A stretch of 64,000 bases of DNA from Coniocarpon cinnabarinum (GCA_051942205.1 JAVECO010000040.1:1-64000), one strand, 5' to 3'; shown: positions 40,382 through 51,740, numbered from the stretch's first letter. Numbers and translations are program-made. Notes: a model not told the origin generated them from the sequence alone.

Positions 40382-41009
40382 GCGCGAGTTGTCGTCGCAC
40401 CTGATCCCTAGCCGGATTGCAAGAGATGGGCGATATGCTAGATGGGAACGGCATGGGCTCAAGAGTTGGACTCAACTTGATAAGTCTGCACGAGCTATCT
40501 CCACGGTGTCCAAATTCCAGCAAGATACAAAAGGCGTAGCTCGAAGCAACATCGACACGCCATCCATCAACACGCCATTCGCAGAAAGCACAACGTCTTG
40601 ACCTTGTATAGTTTTGTTAGACCAAAAGGTGCACACCTTTCAGCGTTGAAAGGTCATTGGTCGTATATTCGTAACAAGTTTCATGTCTCGCTTCGGAAGA
40701 GCACTGCGAAAACGACTCTTGCTGTTCAGTTGGTCAAACGATGTCAGAAGCACCTTGACTGTCTGTCTAGTGTGACGAGATGGAAGTTCCAAATCCGTGA
40801 AATAGACTATCGAGGGTCATCGCGCAAAAAAGCTCCGGCGTTCGTACTGAGTCTGTTGTGGCGCTGGCCGCTTATCCTCAGCGTCGGCGAGGAAGTGCTG
40901 ACATTGAGAAGCTTACTACGTTTGCCAACCCCGTCGCCTGGACTGACGTCCGGAAATGGCGTTTGTGCATGACTGTTAGTCGTCGTTGTACTATCTATAG
41001 TACTAGTAG

Positions 41010-41390
41010 GTCCGACACCCCTAGTCCACAGGGCAGACGGGCGTGCAAGTCCGCCAAACTACCCCAAGACAAGCCACTATCCTACTCTAAAATAGGGGTT
41101 ACACGCCCCTATCCTTGCGCCCTGACAGCGCCCCAAAATCCTTCATTTCCGCGAGTGAAGCTCACGTCAATCTCCAGGGCGTGGAACCGGACAAGTCACG
41201 TGCTATCTCACAACTCAGGCACATCACAACTCAGTCATCTGCCCCGCAAGGATTATGAACGAGTTCGCGAGGTGCCAACAGGGCGTCAACGGGCGTCTGA
41301 GGTAGATCTGGGACGAGTAACCCCCACTTTGTAGCAGAATAGTCGGTGTCTCGGTGTGATGTAGCACTCCCGCGGAGTAGGGGTTGGTCA
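41010..41390. mobile_element. Old, degenerate inverted-repeat element (MITE-like)
   Basis: 41017-41027 vs reverse complement of 41374-41384 match 10/11. 41082-41108 vs reverse complement of 41311-41337 match 20/27. Confidence 0.5.
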
Positions 41391-41741
41391 GCGTATGAAT
41401 TCTATTATTTTCAAAACCTAATCTCAAGGGTAATACGGAGTAAATGGCGCTCAAACAGCATCAAGCAAGATCATGTCTTCTAAAGCCGATTTGTCGTTTC
41501 GCCAACCGCAGAGTGTGAGTTGGTTGAACTGGTTCTCGAAACTGTGACAGTAAGGCAATAGGAGGTACGTAATGCGTAGATTGGTCAATAATAGCATGAC
41601 CTCGATGCTACGGGATGTATCAAAACATCAAAACATCAGGCCGTAGAACATGTTTCACAGAATAGCAGTCACATCGTCAATGTTACTCAGAAACGCCAAG
41701 AATCACATGCAGACCAGACATAAACAAAAACAAAAAGTAAA

Positions 41742-41852
41742 AGTACGCAGGGGAGTTTTCCCGCGTCGTCACCTTCACGGTACTAACCCCCCGGCGACTG
41801 ATTCTAAGAGATTTGACTTGATCGCCGCGTCTCAAGTGCCATTGTGCGTACT
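41742..41852 (-). ncRNA. Divergent 5S rRNA-like Pol III transcript (111 nt)
   Basis: Terminal helix AGTACGCA/TGCGTACT; loop-E-like TTAGTA..GGGAA; C-box-like GGTGACGAC; loop-C-like GATCAAGTCAAATC. TATA at -29 and a T-run terminator directly downstream. Confidence 0.72.
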
Positions 41853-42137
41853 GAAGGGGAAGACGCAAATAATAAAATATAATCTTTTCTTTTTGTTGTA
41901 GCAAGGACGGTGCGATGCCTGACGCGTTCTTGGAAACAATGACAGCGATTCTAACAGGGTTACTGCCCGTCATGTTGCTCAGAGCAATTCCATTCCATGC
42001 TTACAAGTCTCCACGCAACAGCTCATGAGGATCTCATCAAGGTGCTATATTACGTGCAATACACTCTGCCCTCAGTACGTGATACCAATCCTCACGCCAA
42101 CCGTTCACATCGCTGAGTTCTCTTTCAACTACTACCT

Positions 42138-45100
42138 TTACCCACTACGTCCCTTGACCAACCACATCGTCACCGCCACCAATACAACGGGCAGTATACT
42201 AACCAACTCCCCGCACCCCGCCCAAGCCGGAGCGATGCGAAACCTCACAAACACCCCCGCCGCCGCCATAAGCGCCCCAACGTTATACAAAGCCGACCAC
42301 GCAAAATTAAACACGATCCGTCGGTACGCCGCTTGACTCAAGTCGAGGAGGAAGAGTATCCCTTCCAGATTGCCGATGAGCACATCTGCAGAGGAAGTCG
42401 TGACATCTGAGCTTGAGCCAAGTGCGACACCAACATCGGCGCGAGCAATGGCGGCAGCATCGTTGGTTCCGTCACCGATGAAGAGGACTCTGCGTTTTTG
42501 AGAGGAAAGCTGGGCGATGTAATCTGACTTGTCTTGGGGTGTTTGGCGGGAGTGCCAGTGCGGAATACTGAGAGTGAGGGCGGTGGATTTGACGGGCATC
42601 TCGGCGTCGCCTGATAGCAAGTGGGTTGTTATGTTGCGATTGTGGAGCTCGGTCATGATTCTGGAGGCTTCGGGGCGGAGGGTGGAAGTCAGAGTGAAGA
42701 AAATTAGCACAGTGTCGTTGAGGGTTATGGCGAAGTGTGTGGCATTTCTGCCTGAGAGATATCCAATGTGAGGATGGGAGCTGATGCCGAGCCAGTCTGG
42801 ATTACCGCCGCGTATGACGTCTTGATTAAATGTAGCTTGAACGCCCTTGCCCGGAATGGTCTTGACACTGTCGATTGGGAGCTTTGGTAGGTCTTTTCCT
42901 TTGAGATACGCCCTAATGCTTCGTGAAACAGGGTGGTCATTGGTACTCGTCAAAGCCAAAGCTATCGCGAACGCTTGTTCACGATCCGATGCATAGAACT
43001 CAACGTTGGTCACTTCCAGATCATCTGTCGTCAAGGTGCCCGTCTTATCAAACACAACATCAGTAACAGACCAAGCGCGCTCAGTTGCTGAAGCCGACTT
43101 GATGATGACACCCCGACGAGCCGCAATGCCACCCGCGATAATCAGAACGAGCGGTACAGCAAGCCCGACTGCGCATGGACACGAAACAGCCAAGACGGCG
43201 ATTGCATAGCTGATGGCAGTGATGACTGCGCCACTACGGGATTGATGTTGAACTCGCAGCGCGACGGGGATCCAGACCACAAACGCAATGATCGCAACAG
43301 ATACGACGACGGGAATGAAATAGCCGGCTACCACATCGGCAAGCGCCTGGACGCGCGGTTTCGACGCTTGAGCAGCTTCGACCACATCAGCGATGTCACT
43401 GATTGTGTTCTCACCCGGGAGCCGATCAACGCGTGCCATCATCATTCCGTCGCCGTTCAATGTGCCGGCAATGATCTTGGATCCTGCGGATTTGGCAACA
43501 CGCGCACTTTCGCCCGTGAGCATTGACTCGTCGACGTCGCTGAGTCCTTTGATGACAATGCCGTCCGTAGGGATATGTGTATGAGGATCAACGCGGAAGA
43601 CGTCGCGGTGTTGGAGAAGTCGTGCGTCAATAATTTGCGTGCCACCATCATGAGTCGTCAAAGATACCAACGTCTCTTGTAACGATCGCACGGATACCGA
43701 AGCTATCGCTTTCGCGCGTGCGTAGCTGGCGAGCAATCGACCCAGCAGTATGAGTGAAACAAGCAACGCGCTCGTCTCGAAAAATTGTTTGATGTTGAGA
43801 GGTCGGCCTGCCATGAGAAAGCCAAAGGCAATGACGGAGTATACGTACGCCGCTGTGACACTGATGACTACGAGCATGTCGAGCTCGATCGAGCCATTAC
43901 GGAACAAAGACTTGAAAGCTTTCCAGTAAAATTCTTCCACAGCGATGGCCTGGATCAGTGAGGCAAGAATCAAGGAGACGATGCCCTTTGTGCTTTCCGA
44001 AGCTTTTGCATTTGACCAAGCGAGTACGCAGATAGGAATGGTCAGCATAATGGACAGCGTCGTCTTGGTAGCCATGGTGATCAGATGTGCTTTTTCCCTT
44101 CCAAGCTCATCATTCTTCTCAAGAGGCGCTAGCTGCACGTTGCCACCCAAATTTTCCAGCAGAGTTCTTGCTCCAATGATGCGAGGATCGTAGAACACGC
44201 GGAATTTCCTAGGGCCAAGGATCTCAATATCGTCAACGCCCGGCGGAGGTATGCTGATGAACTTCTGGATCGACGCTGCGGGAGCAATTAAATCTAGTTT
44301 TTGTGATTCGCTTCGAACGCGGTTCAACGAGAATCCAGATATTCCTTGAGCTTTGGTAATGACTGATGCACTGTCGTTCATGCGGGTGTCGATCTTGAAG
44401 TCAGCATGGCCGCTTGCAAACACAACCCGAACATCTGAGACTCCAGTCTGTGATGCGAGAGATCTGGCCAACTTTTTTTCACATGATGAGCATGTCATGC
44501 CCTGAACATTGACCTTAATATCTTCAACAAAATTATTTACGCCCACATCGCGGGGCGATGATTGCAACGGTCTTGAACTATCACCAGTAACAGATGATGG
44601 TATTGTGTCGCTCGATCCATCTTTCCTGCAGCACGAGTCTTCGTAAATGATTGCCTTCTTCTCAGAAGCAGTATCGCTACGGGTCTTCATTGAGGGTGAT
44701 TTGCACGACAAGCGTGGACAGCGTCGTCTGATGGAAGTCTTCAAGACTTGAAGCGCACTGCTCTGCACGACGTCCCTGGTCGAAGTGATCCAACAAAGGC
44801 ATCGACCTTTCTTTAGCATTGCCTCGTACTGGTCAAGAGCAGTCTGAAGATCGCCAGGGGTGGGCGTCGCCTGAGATTCCCGCTTAGGCTCGTGGCTCGA
44901 CTTTGCGCAGTGATGACTGACGCAAGCTCGCACGCATTCCTTGGTGCATTGTGATCCGACGACATCAGAACAATTTTCGGACGATGCCGAGAAACATTCC
45001 CCGAACGTGGAGGGTTTCTCGCTTTCGCTGGAAGTAGAAACTTTCGCTTCGGCATCTCTCGCAGATTTGGCATGACGGTTGACGACGTGATACGCTGCAC

Positions 45101-45527
45101 AAGGAGAGCGGTGGCTGTTAAATGCAGCATCGTCTTTCTCACCAACAGTCTTGGTCGAATCATATCCACCCTCACAACAATGCTTAGTCGAGGCGGCATG
45201 CCCTTTTTTTGCCGGTTGGGCTATGTGATGTTTCACAGCAGTCTTGCCCGGGAGCTCGCCTCTCGGGTCAGAGCGATACTTGAACGACGCATTATTCCTT
45301 GGAGTTGATCGACTGTGGATTTTACAGGGTGCTCTCACAGTGGAGTCGTGGCTTGAGGCGTTGCCATTGATGTCCAAACTTGTACAACGGTACTTCTGGT
45401 TATCATTAAAGCGGCTACGTGCATGAGAAGGCGTTGCTTTATGATTGGCCACATGAGATGCGCTGGTCCGGGGGCGTGCCTCGTGGTTGAAAAGCTTTCG
45501 CCCATTGAAATTCCTCGTTTCATCCAT
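42138..45527 (-). CDS. PCA1: P1B-type heavy-metal ATPase, Pca1 (cadmium exporter)-like, intronless
   Basis: HMA motif GMTCSSC, TGES, SCPC, DKTGTLT, HP and GDGTND. C-terminal GELVSILPV matches Pca1 as recalled. Long Cys/His-rich N-terminal extension. Confidence 0.85.
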   Translation of the reverse strand: MDETRNFNGRKLFNHEARPRTSASHVANHKATPSHARSRFNDNQKYRCTSLDINGNASSHDSTVRAPCKIHSRSTPRNNASFKYRSDPRGELPGKTAVKHHIAQPAKKGHAASTKHCCEGGYDSTKTVGEKDDAAFNSHRSPCAAYHVVNRHAKSARDAEAKVSTSSESEKPSTFGECFSASSENCSDVVGSQCTKECVRACVSHHCAKSSHEPKRESQATPTPGDLQTALDQYEAMLKKGRCLCWITSTRDVVQSSALQVLKTSIRRRCPRLSCKSPSMKTRSDTASEKKAIIYEDSCCRKDGSSDTIPSSVTGDSSRPLQSSPRDVGVNNFVEDIKVNVQGMTCSSCEKKLARSLASQTGVSDVRVVFASGHADFKIDTRMNDSASVITKAQGISGFSLNRVRSESQKLDLIAPAASIQKFISIPPPGVDDIEILGPRKFRVFYDPRIIGARTLLENLGGNVQLAPLEKNDELGREKAHLITMATKTTLSIMLTIPICVLAWSNAKASESTKGIVSLILASLIQAIAVEEFYWKAFKSLFRNGSIELDMLVVISVTAAYVYSVIAFGFLMAGRPLNIKQFFETSALLVSLILLGRLLASYARAKAIASVSVRSLQETLVSLTTHDGGTQIIDARLLQHRDVFRVDPHTHIPTDGIVIKGLSDVDESMLTGESARVAKSAGSKIIAGTLNGDGMMMARVDRLPGENTISDIADVVEAAQASKPRVQALADVVAGYFIPVVVSVAIIAFVVWIPVALRVQHQSRSGAVITAISYAIAVLAVSCPCAVGLAVPLVLIIAGGIAARRGVIIKSASATERAWSVTDVVFDKTGTLTTDDLEVTNVEFYASDREQAFAIALALTSTNDHPVSRSIRAYLKGKDLPKLPIDSVKTIPGKGVQATFNQDVIRGGNPDWLGISSHPHIGYLSGRNATHFAITLNDTVLIFFTLTSTLRPEASRIMTELHNRNITTHLLSGDAEMPVKSTALTLSIPHWHSRQTPQDKSDYIAQLSSQKRRVLFIGDGTNDAAAIARADVGVALGSSSDVTTSSADVLIGNLEGILFLLDLSQAAYRRIVFNFAWSALYNVGALMAAAGVFVRFRIAPAWAGCGELVSILPVVLVAVTMWLVKGRSG

Positions 45528-46142
45528 GATTCTGTGAGTCTGGGTGCGTTGAAACGACCTGTACGAAGCTAGACGTTCGCTGGCTTGACCTGTCGTTCAC
45601 TTCTCGACAGCGCAATGGACTCGCACACTGTTCAAGTCTTTCCTAGCTTACATTAGTACAGACATTAATGGGAAGATTATCACCTATCGTATGTTAGTCA
45701 CAAATCTTGCCAGTGCAAAAAGTGTTGGCATTTTCTCGTCATCTGGGAAGCTGGCCAAGGTCGAAGAAAACATGGATCTTGCGCTCGTACAAGGACAACC
45801 GAGCTGCTGATATTGGTCATCATCATCACCATCACAACGGTCAACCAGCATCGACCAAACCGGCAAGCGTGAATGCCCTTAAGGGCGTTTGGAGCTAACA
45901 ACGGAAGCAAGACCCTTGCGCGATGACTGCGCTGCGAAATGTGGAGCATATCGCTCCTTCTATCGTACTCATATTGGGCGTCGAGAGTGCCCTCGCATCC
46001 ATACGCGTTTGAAGCTTGCTCTGTGCTCTAGGTTGTTCTCCGACCGTAGTCTCCTCATTAAAATCATACGTAAGTCTAAAGTCGCAAACTCGTACACGTC
46101 GCCAAAAAAGATTAGCCATCATCTTTCTCAAACATTCAAGAC

Positions 46143-48193
46143 TCACCGTCCACCACTTCTGCTGACGGCGAAGACACCCACAATCACCACGGCCAACGCG
46201 GCAATGGCGCCGGGCAATAACAGCTCATTTGGCACGCCCTTAATGACTTGTTCTTCCACCTTGTTGCCTCTTGCCCGGCTTCTTCGTGACGCCTTTTCAT
46301 CTTCGTCGTCATCCGATCCGAGCTCCTCCTGAACAAGTCGTTTTCTTCGCTCTTTCAAATCCTTGTTGTCTGGTAAGCCAGGTTGTGGCACTACAGTCGG
46401 TGGTAGAGGCGGCTTCTCAGGATCATGTACGAAAAGGTCAACCTTTTCGCGTTTGTTCTTGCGTGCGAGTGCAATCGCTTCGAGCAGATCTTGATCTGTG
46501 GTTATGCTGACTGTGTCGCCTTCATTGTCTAGATAACTAAGTGCAAAGCCAGACCTGCCCATCCGGCCTTCGACCACCGTTGGTTCGCCGCCGACTGCAT
46601 CAAGTTCGTTGCCCAGTTTAGCAGTGACATTGGTCACAAATTCGTCCATGCCTGCTGATGCAAGAACTTGTAGTCTGTGCACACGTCCACTCGGTGCCTT
46701 GAATTTGAACGCAAACGGTGTTTCCTCGGGAGGTGTCATGCCGGCTACTGCAGAGCGGTCCTCGGCAAGATCGTCACCGTGATGCGATGCAGACTCGTTC
46801 GGCATCACGCTGTCGCCTCTTTCAAAGTTCGGGCGAGGCTCTTCAGGCGAGACAGCCGATCTGGTAATAGGCGTACGGGGCATTCCACTCGCGTGCCCGG
46901 ATGCCTGAGACTCCGTATCTTGGTCCATGCTCAGCCAGAACTTCTGCCAAGCCGGGCCCTCGCCTTCATTGGTAGACATGCTGTTGATTTGATCGAGAGT
47001 GGCGTAGGTGAGTTTGAGGACATCGACCATTCCAACAATCTCTCCAGCTTCGCTCATGACTGGCAAGTTGAGGTAATGGCCGTCGTGCATCTTGCGTAAA
47101 GCTGCCTGTATTGACATATCCATGGGAGCAAAGTCAGGATGGGGGGTCATGACACGGACAACGCTGGTTTTCTCAGGTTCGAGGGCAGCGGCAATGACAC
47201 GAAGGACGACGTCTTTACTAGTGAAGATACCAGTGATGGATCCTGAATCTTGAACTAAGACGGCGGTGGTGTGGTGTTCTTTCATAATCTGGGCGGCTTC
47301 TTTTACCGTCGTGCGGATGGAAACCGTGGCCGGGGGCAGACCGTCAAGAACGGACTCAAGGGTCGGTCCTGACATCTTTGACCGTAGCGCTTCGACGTAT
47401 TGTATGATTTGTTGCGGTTGACTTGATCCGAGTTCGGCTTGTACTCCCTGCACAGCATCATATAAAGCTCTTGAGGATGAGTAAGCTCGTTCAAGCTTCT
47501 CCATGGCATCATAGAAGCATTTTGTGATGTCCAAGATACCTGAGATGTCGTGATTCTCATCCATGACAGGTAAATGCCTGAACCCTTTCCTCACCATCAG
47601 GTCCAGCGCGTCAGTCGCACTGGTATCGGTCTTCGCGCAAAGAGGATTTTTCGTCATAATATCCGCGATAGTGATACTAGTCGCTTTAACACCGGCACCG
47701 ACCACTCGAAAGGCTAAATCCTTTGCTGTGAAAATACCGGCTATTCGTTCATCGTCATCAGTGACCAGAACGCAATCTTCACGCTTCGCTGCCATGAGTT
47801 GTGCAGCTTCTGCTACAGTCATGGATGGTTTGATCTGCAACGCTTGGCTTGGTTTGAGTGATAGCACGGAACCGGGGGGCGCCTTGCGACTGGTTCGAGA
47901 ACGCGGAGCACCGTGTTTGCGTTTGTTGAGGTTCTGCTCTGCTTTGATGCGGATGGCCTAGCAAGCAGGTCAGCACCATCATGACAGGTGTGTTCAGCAA
48001 GAGTCCTTACTTCATCACGCTTTGACTGCTTCGCCCGACTGGCACTCATTGTGGAGCCACCGGCCTCGCTGATACCACCGGAGGGAGTGGAAGGGCCTTG
48101 GCCGTCGAGAGTTGCCGGGCGGGGGATGCTTGAGGAGCTGTTGAAGGACTTGGGGCCCTTGGGCGTGCCTCTGACCGTGCCGACGCCCGACAT
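46143..48193 (-). CDS. CBS x4 + PB1 domain tail-anchored protein (Mug70-like)
   Basis: Two CBS pairs (GIFTAKDL, GIFTSKDV), PB1 domain (FKFKAPSGRVHR..SYLDNEGDTV) and a C-terminal TM helix. One intron near 47960-48011. Confidence 0.88.
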
Positions 48194-48512
48194 GGTGTCA
48201 GTGGGACTGCGGGTGATCGACGAATCCAAGAATAGGAAATTGACCAGATGACAGAGAAGATGCAGATGAGCTACCTGCGCTAGTGTTGATAGCAGCGAAA
48301 AGTAAACACCGTGACACTCTCCTCAGGAATCAGGCTCACAAGGCCCCTTGTGAAACCCCTATTTCGTACCATTCTTGCGGAACGTTTCCGCTGCCCGGCT
48401 CGCCGCCAAGAATCCAGCGCACACCATCCCAAATTCACACTACCATCCATTTTGCCACCGACGTAGCACTAGACGACCAGTTCCCTCCGCAACCGATCCG
48501 CGAATAACGAAA

Positions 48513-49121
48513 ATGGTCAAGAAGCGCGCTTCCAACGGGCGCAACAAGAAGGGCCGCGGTCACGTCAAGCCTGTCCGCTGCTCCAACTGTTCGCGATGCA
48601 CACCGAAAGACAAGGCAATAAAGCGATTTACCATCAGGAACATGGTGGAGAGTGCAGCAATTCGTATGTTCGCACTTCCTGCCAGCCTCTCCCATCTGAG
48701 GTTATGGAGAAGGGCGAGGAAAAGACAAAAATGGACATTTGCAAGAGATGCTTCGACAAATGGGAGGATTTGCAGTGGACATCTGGCTTACACAAAATCC
48801 AGGTGATATTTCCGACGCCAGCGTGTTCGCTGAGTACTCTGTCCCAAAGATGTACCTGAAGCTTCAATACTGCGTCTCATGCGCCATTCACGGAAAGATC
48901 GTGCGGTACGTCATAGCATCAAACACAGAACATCCAGCTCAACACGACCCCGGAAATTCAGAGCCAGGGAACATGATCAAATGCTAATTTGGACGAACAG
49001 TGTCCGATCTCGGGAAGGTCGACGAAACCGCCAGCCACCTCCAAGAGTGCGATATAACAAGGATGGCAAGAAGATCAATCCGCAACAGGCGGCTATGGCA
49101 GCGGGTGGAGCTGGTCGGTGA
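48513..49121 (+). CDS. RPS26: 40S ribosomal protein S26 (eS26), 3 exons
   Basis: [34 protein letters not shown]. Introns 48664-48802 and 48906-49000. Confidence 0.97.
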
Positions 49122-49496
49122 TTGATAAAGTGTTGAAGCAAGAATGCGGGCAAAAACGGCTGATCCAATCACGATGCGAGATGAGAAAGGCACGGCGCAC
49201 GTATAGCTCGGAGTGACGCTTGACTGTGTGGACTGAGACAAGGACGACTGCGAATAGATGCTCGGTGCGCGGCTCGTCCAGTGCAGTTGGGCGCTGTCGT
49301 GCGGTATGACCTCCTCATCAGTATCTTATTTGCCTGTCCTGTCTTCGCACAGTGGAAGCATTGCATCGAAATGGAAAGTCTTGAGGCAGCCGGCGCGATA
49401 TCCGCTAAAGCATGATTTTGCCTGCTTTGCACATGAGGCTTCTTGAAAGACGCTGTCGAGTCTTTGAATTCGTGAGAACCCACATGGGACGCTAAA

Positions 49497-50421
49497 TTAC
49501 GCCCCACACTCAAAGCCTCTCCTCACAACCCTTCCAAATTGCCCGAACTTGACATCCTCCCTCACCACACTCCCTCTCGCCTCATTCTCCTTGTTCATCG
49601 GTACTTTGATAGTCCGTCCGTCAACGTTCCATCCACACACCTCACCCACAAATCTCTCAAACTGCGCACCTCGCACATTTAACCACTCTTCGAGTATGCC
49701 CCTCTCCACCTCTCTGACCGCCTGACTCACAGTCGCCGCAATTCGCACGCGCATTAATTCATCAAATCCTGACACGCCGGCAATGAGATCAGAATAGCTG
49801 TCGTCGCTGCGTAGTGTGCTCCAGAAGCCTTTGTAGTCTGCCGCTGAGAGTAGATGGTTGAGTGCGTTGAGTTTTTGGACGGCGTCTGCAAGTGTGGGAT
49901 TTGACGCACGGCCTGGCGAGAGGAGGAGAGTGGAGGGCGGGAGGAGGTGGAGACACAGACTAAAGTCTGGAGAGGGAAAGACGGTGAGTGTTTTTGTGAG
50001 AATGAGGGTGATGGCGTGCGGGGACGAGAGGTGTGGATTGAATTGATATCTGGTTTTGTGAAGCAGTCAGCGAGATATTCGCATAAGATTTTGCGCTCCT
50101 AATCAAGAGTGGGATAGATAGCAGTCAGATAGAGCTAAAGACAACCTCATGCCTGCTACAAAGTAGGTAGGATAATAGAGAACGTTGTGGTATTTGTTTG
50201 AACATCATAGAGCTTGATAGAGTAGTCTGGGAAAAAAGCAATTGGAACACATACAATTTCAGAAGAGCGAGATTTGCATAACAGTCATATGTCTGATTCT
50301 CGCATTGCTGTTGGACATATTCTTGGAATACTTGTGTCGTCTGTGGGTTGTATCGGTCGAGGCCGTTGAGGATGGTATCGATGTGCTCAGGTCTGTCGGG
50401 ACAATAGTCGAAAGACGGCAT
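49497..50421 (-). CDS. eIF3k: Translation initiation factor eIF3 subunit K
   Basis: [27 protein letters not shown]. Intron 50050-50254. Confidence 0.92.
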
Positions 50422-50960
50422 GTTGCCAGAGGTGCCAATGTACTACCGTGCAGACTGTCATACACTTCGTATGATATTGGACACTTCGATTAAAGTGAAT
50501 GAGGTCGAGTTTGATGAACGCAAGGCTAGTAAAATGAGGAAAGTACGGTGGCGGAGACGGATGCGATCCTACACAAATTTCGATGAATTTCTTTCGTATA
50601 CGCACTGATTGTTTGTGAAACCACAGATTAGTTGTAACAGCTCTCTCGCAGCTGGATCAAGGACGACTAGGTGTGCGGATAGCATTTTTGCGAGAACGAA
50701 GGTCGAGGCCAATCACGTGTTTTCGTGTAGATTGCGTGAGAGCATCAGGGTTCTTATGACGCGGTCAGGGGAAGAGGCCCTTTAATTTCATTGTTTGTCC
50801 GGAGTTGCTGCAGTACATACAATGCCAACGGCAGCCTCTTAAAGCTATCTTGGGTTCTTTGATATCTTCCCGCAGGCAGAGAGTCCTAGAAGGGAAACTC
50901 GATTGGTTTGGGTTGTTTTGGCAATCGTAGTCTAGACACGAAGGACTCACCACTTTGATC

Positions 50961-51740
50961 ATGGAGAAGAAGCATCAAACACTGCCATCTGAACAATCCA
51001 ACTACCTCATAACAATTCATCTAGAAACTTCTGAGGATCCCACAGTCACCCGACTGCTCTCTATACCTCCGAATTTTACCTTTGAGCAAGTCCATGTCGC
51101 CCTTCAGATAGCTTTCAATTGGTCAGACATCCACCTTCACACATTCAATGTCTGGTTGTCGGACTACAAGGGCCCAACCATATGCGATACGCCTTGCGGA
51201 CCAGGTGCCCTTAAGCTGAGGATTAATTCCGGCAGCGATGATGGCCTCAGCGATGACGAAGACGATGTCCCGACCACATTGGAAAGCGACATCACATTGG
51301 CCGAAGTCTACGAAAACCCCAATTACAGAGGGAAGGCCGTGATCGGGTATGAGTACGACCTTTGCGACTCGTGGGCGCACACCTTCTGCCTCATAGGTCG
51401 TGCCTCACCGGACATGCACGCCCAATTCCACGCGCCACCAGATCTGGAGGTGTTCTGCTTTGGGGGTGAAGGCCATCACGTTGCTGAAGATAGCGGTGGT
51501 GGCGAAGGATGGGAAGCTGTTAAGGAAGCGTTCAAGAAGGGCAAGAAGGGCGATCCTGACGATTTGCGCGAGTGGTATCGCGAAATGTGCGCCAACGGCG
51601 AGAAGGGAGTCTTTCACCCCTACAAATGGAGCATCTTCGATATTAATGAGCGACTAGCTCAGGCCTTTTGTCCAGACGTATTGAAGCCTAAGGGCACTAA
51701 AAGGGCTCGATCGGACTCAGAGAATCAGGAGTCTGTCTGA
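50961..51740 (+). CDS. pRiA4b ORF-3 / MM3350-like domain protein
   Basis: RLLSIP..TFEQVHVALQIAFNWSDIHLHTF, YEYDLCDSWAH and EDSGG..GW motifs. Intronless. Confidence 0.85.
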   Translation: MEKKHQTLPSEQSNYLITIHLETSEDPTVTRLLSIPPNFTFEQVHVALQIAFNWSDIHLHTFNVWLSDYKGPTICDTPCGPGALKLRINSGSDDGLSDDEDDVPTTLESDITLAEVYENPNYRGKAVIGYEYDLCDSWAHTFCLIGRASPDMHAQFHAPPDLEVFCFGGEGHHVAEDSGGGEGWEAVKEAFKKGKKGDPDDLREWYREMCANGEKGVFHPYKWSIFDINERLAQAFCPDVLKPKGTKRARSDSENQESV

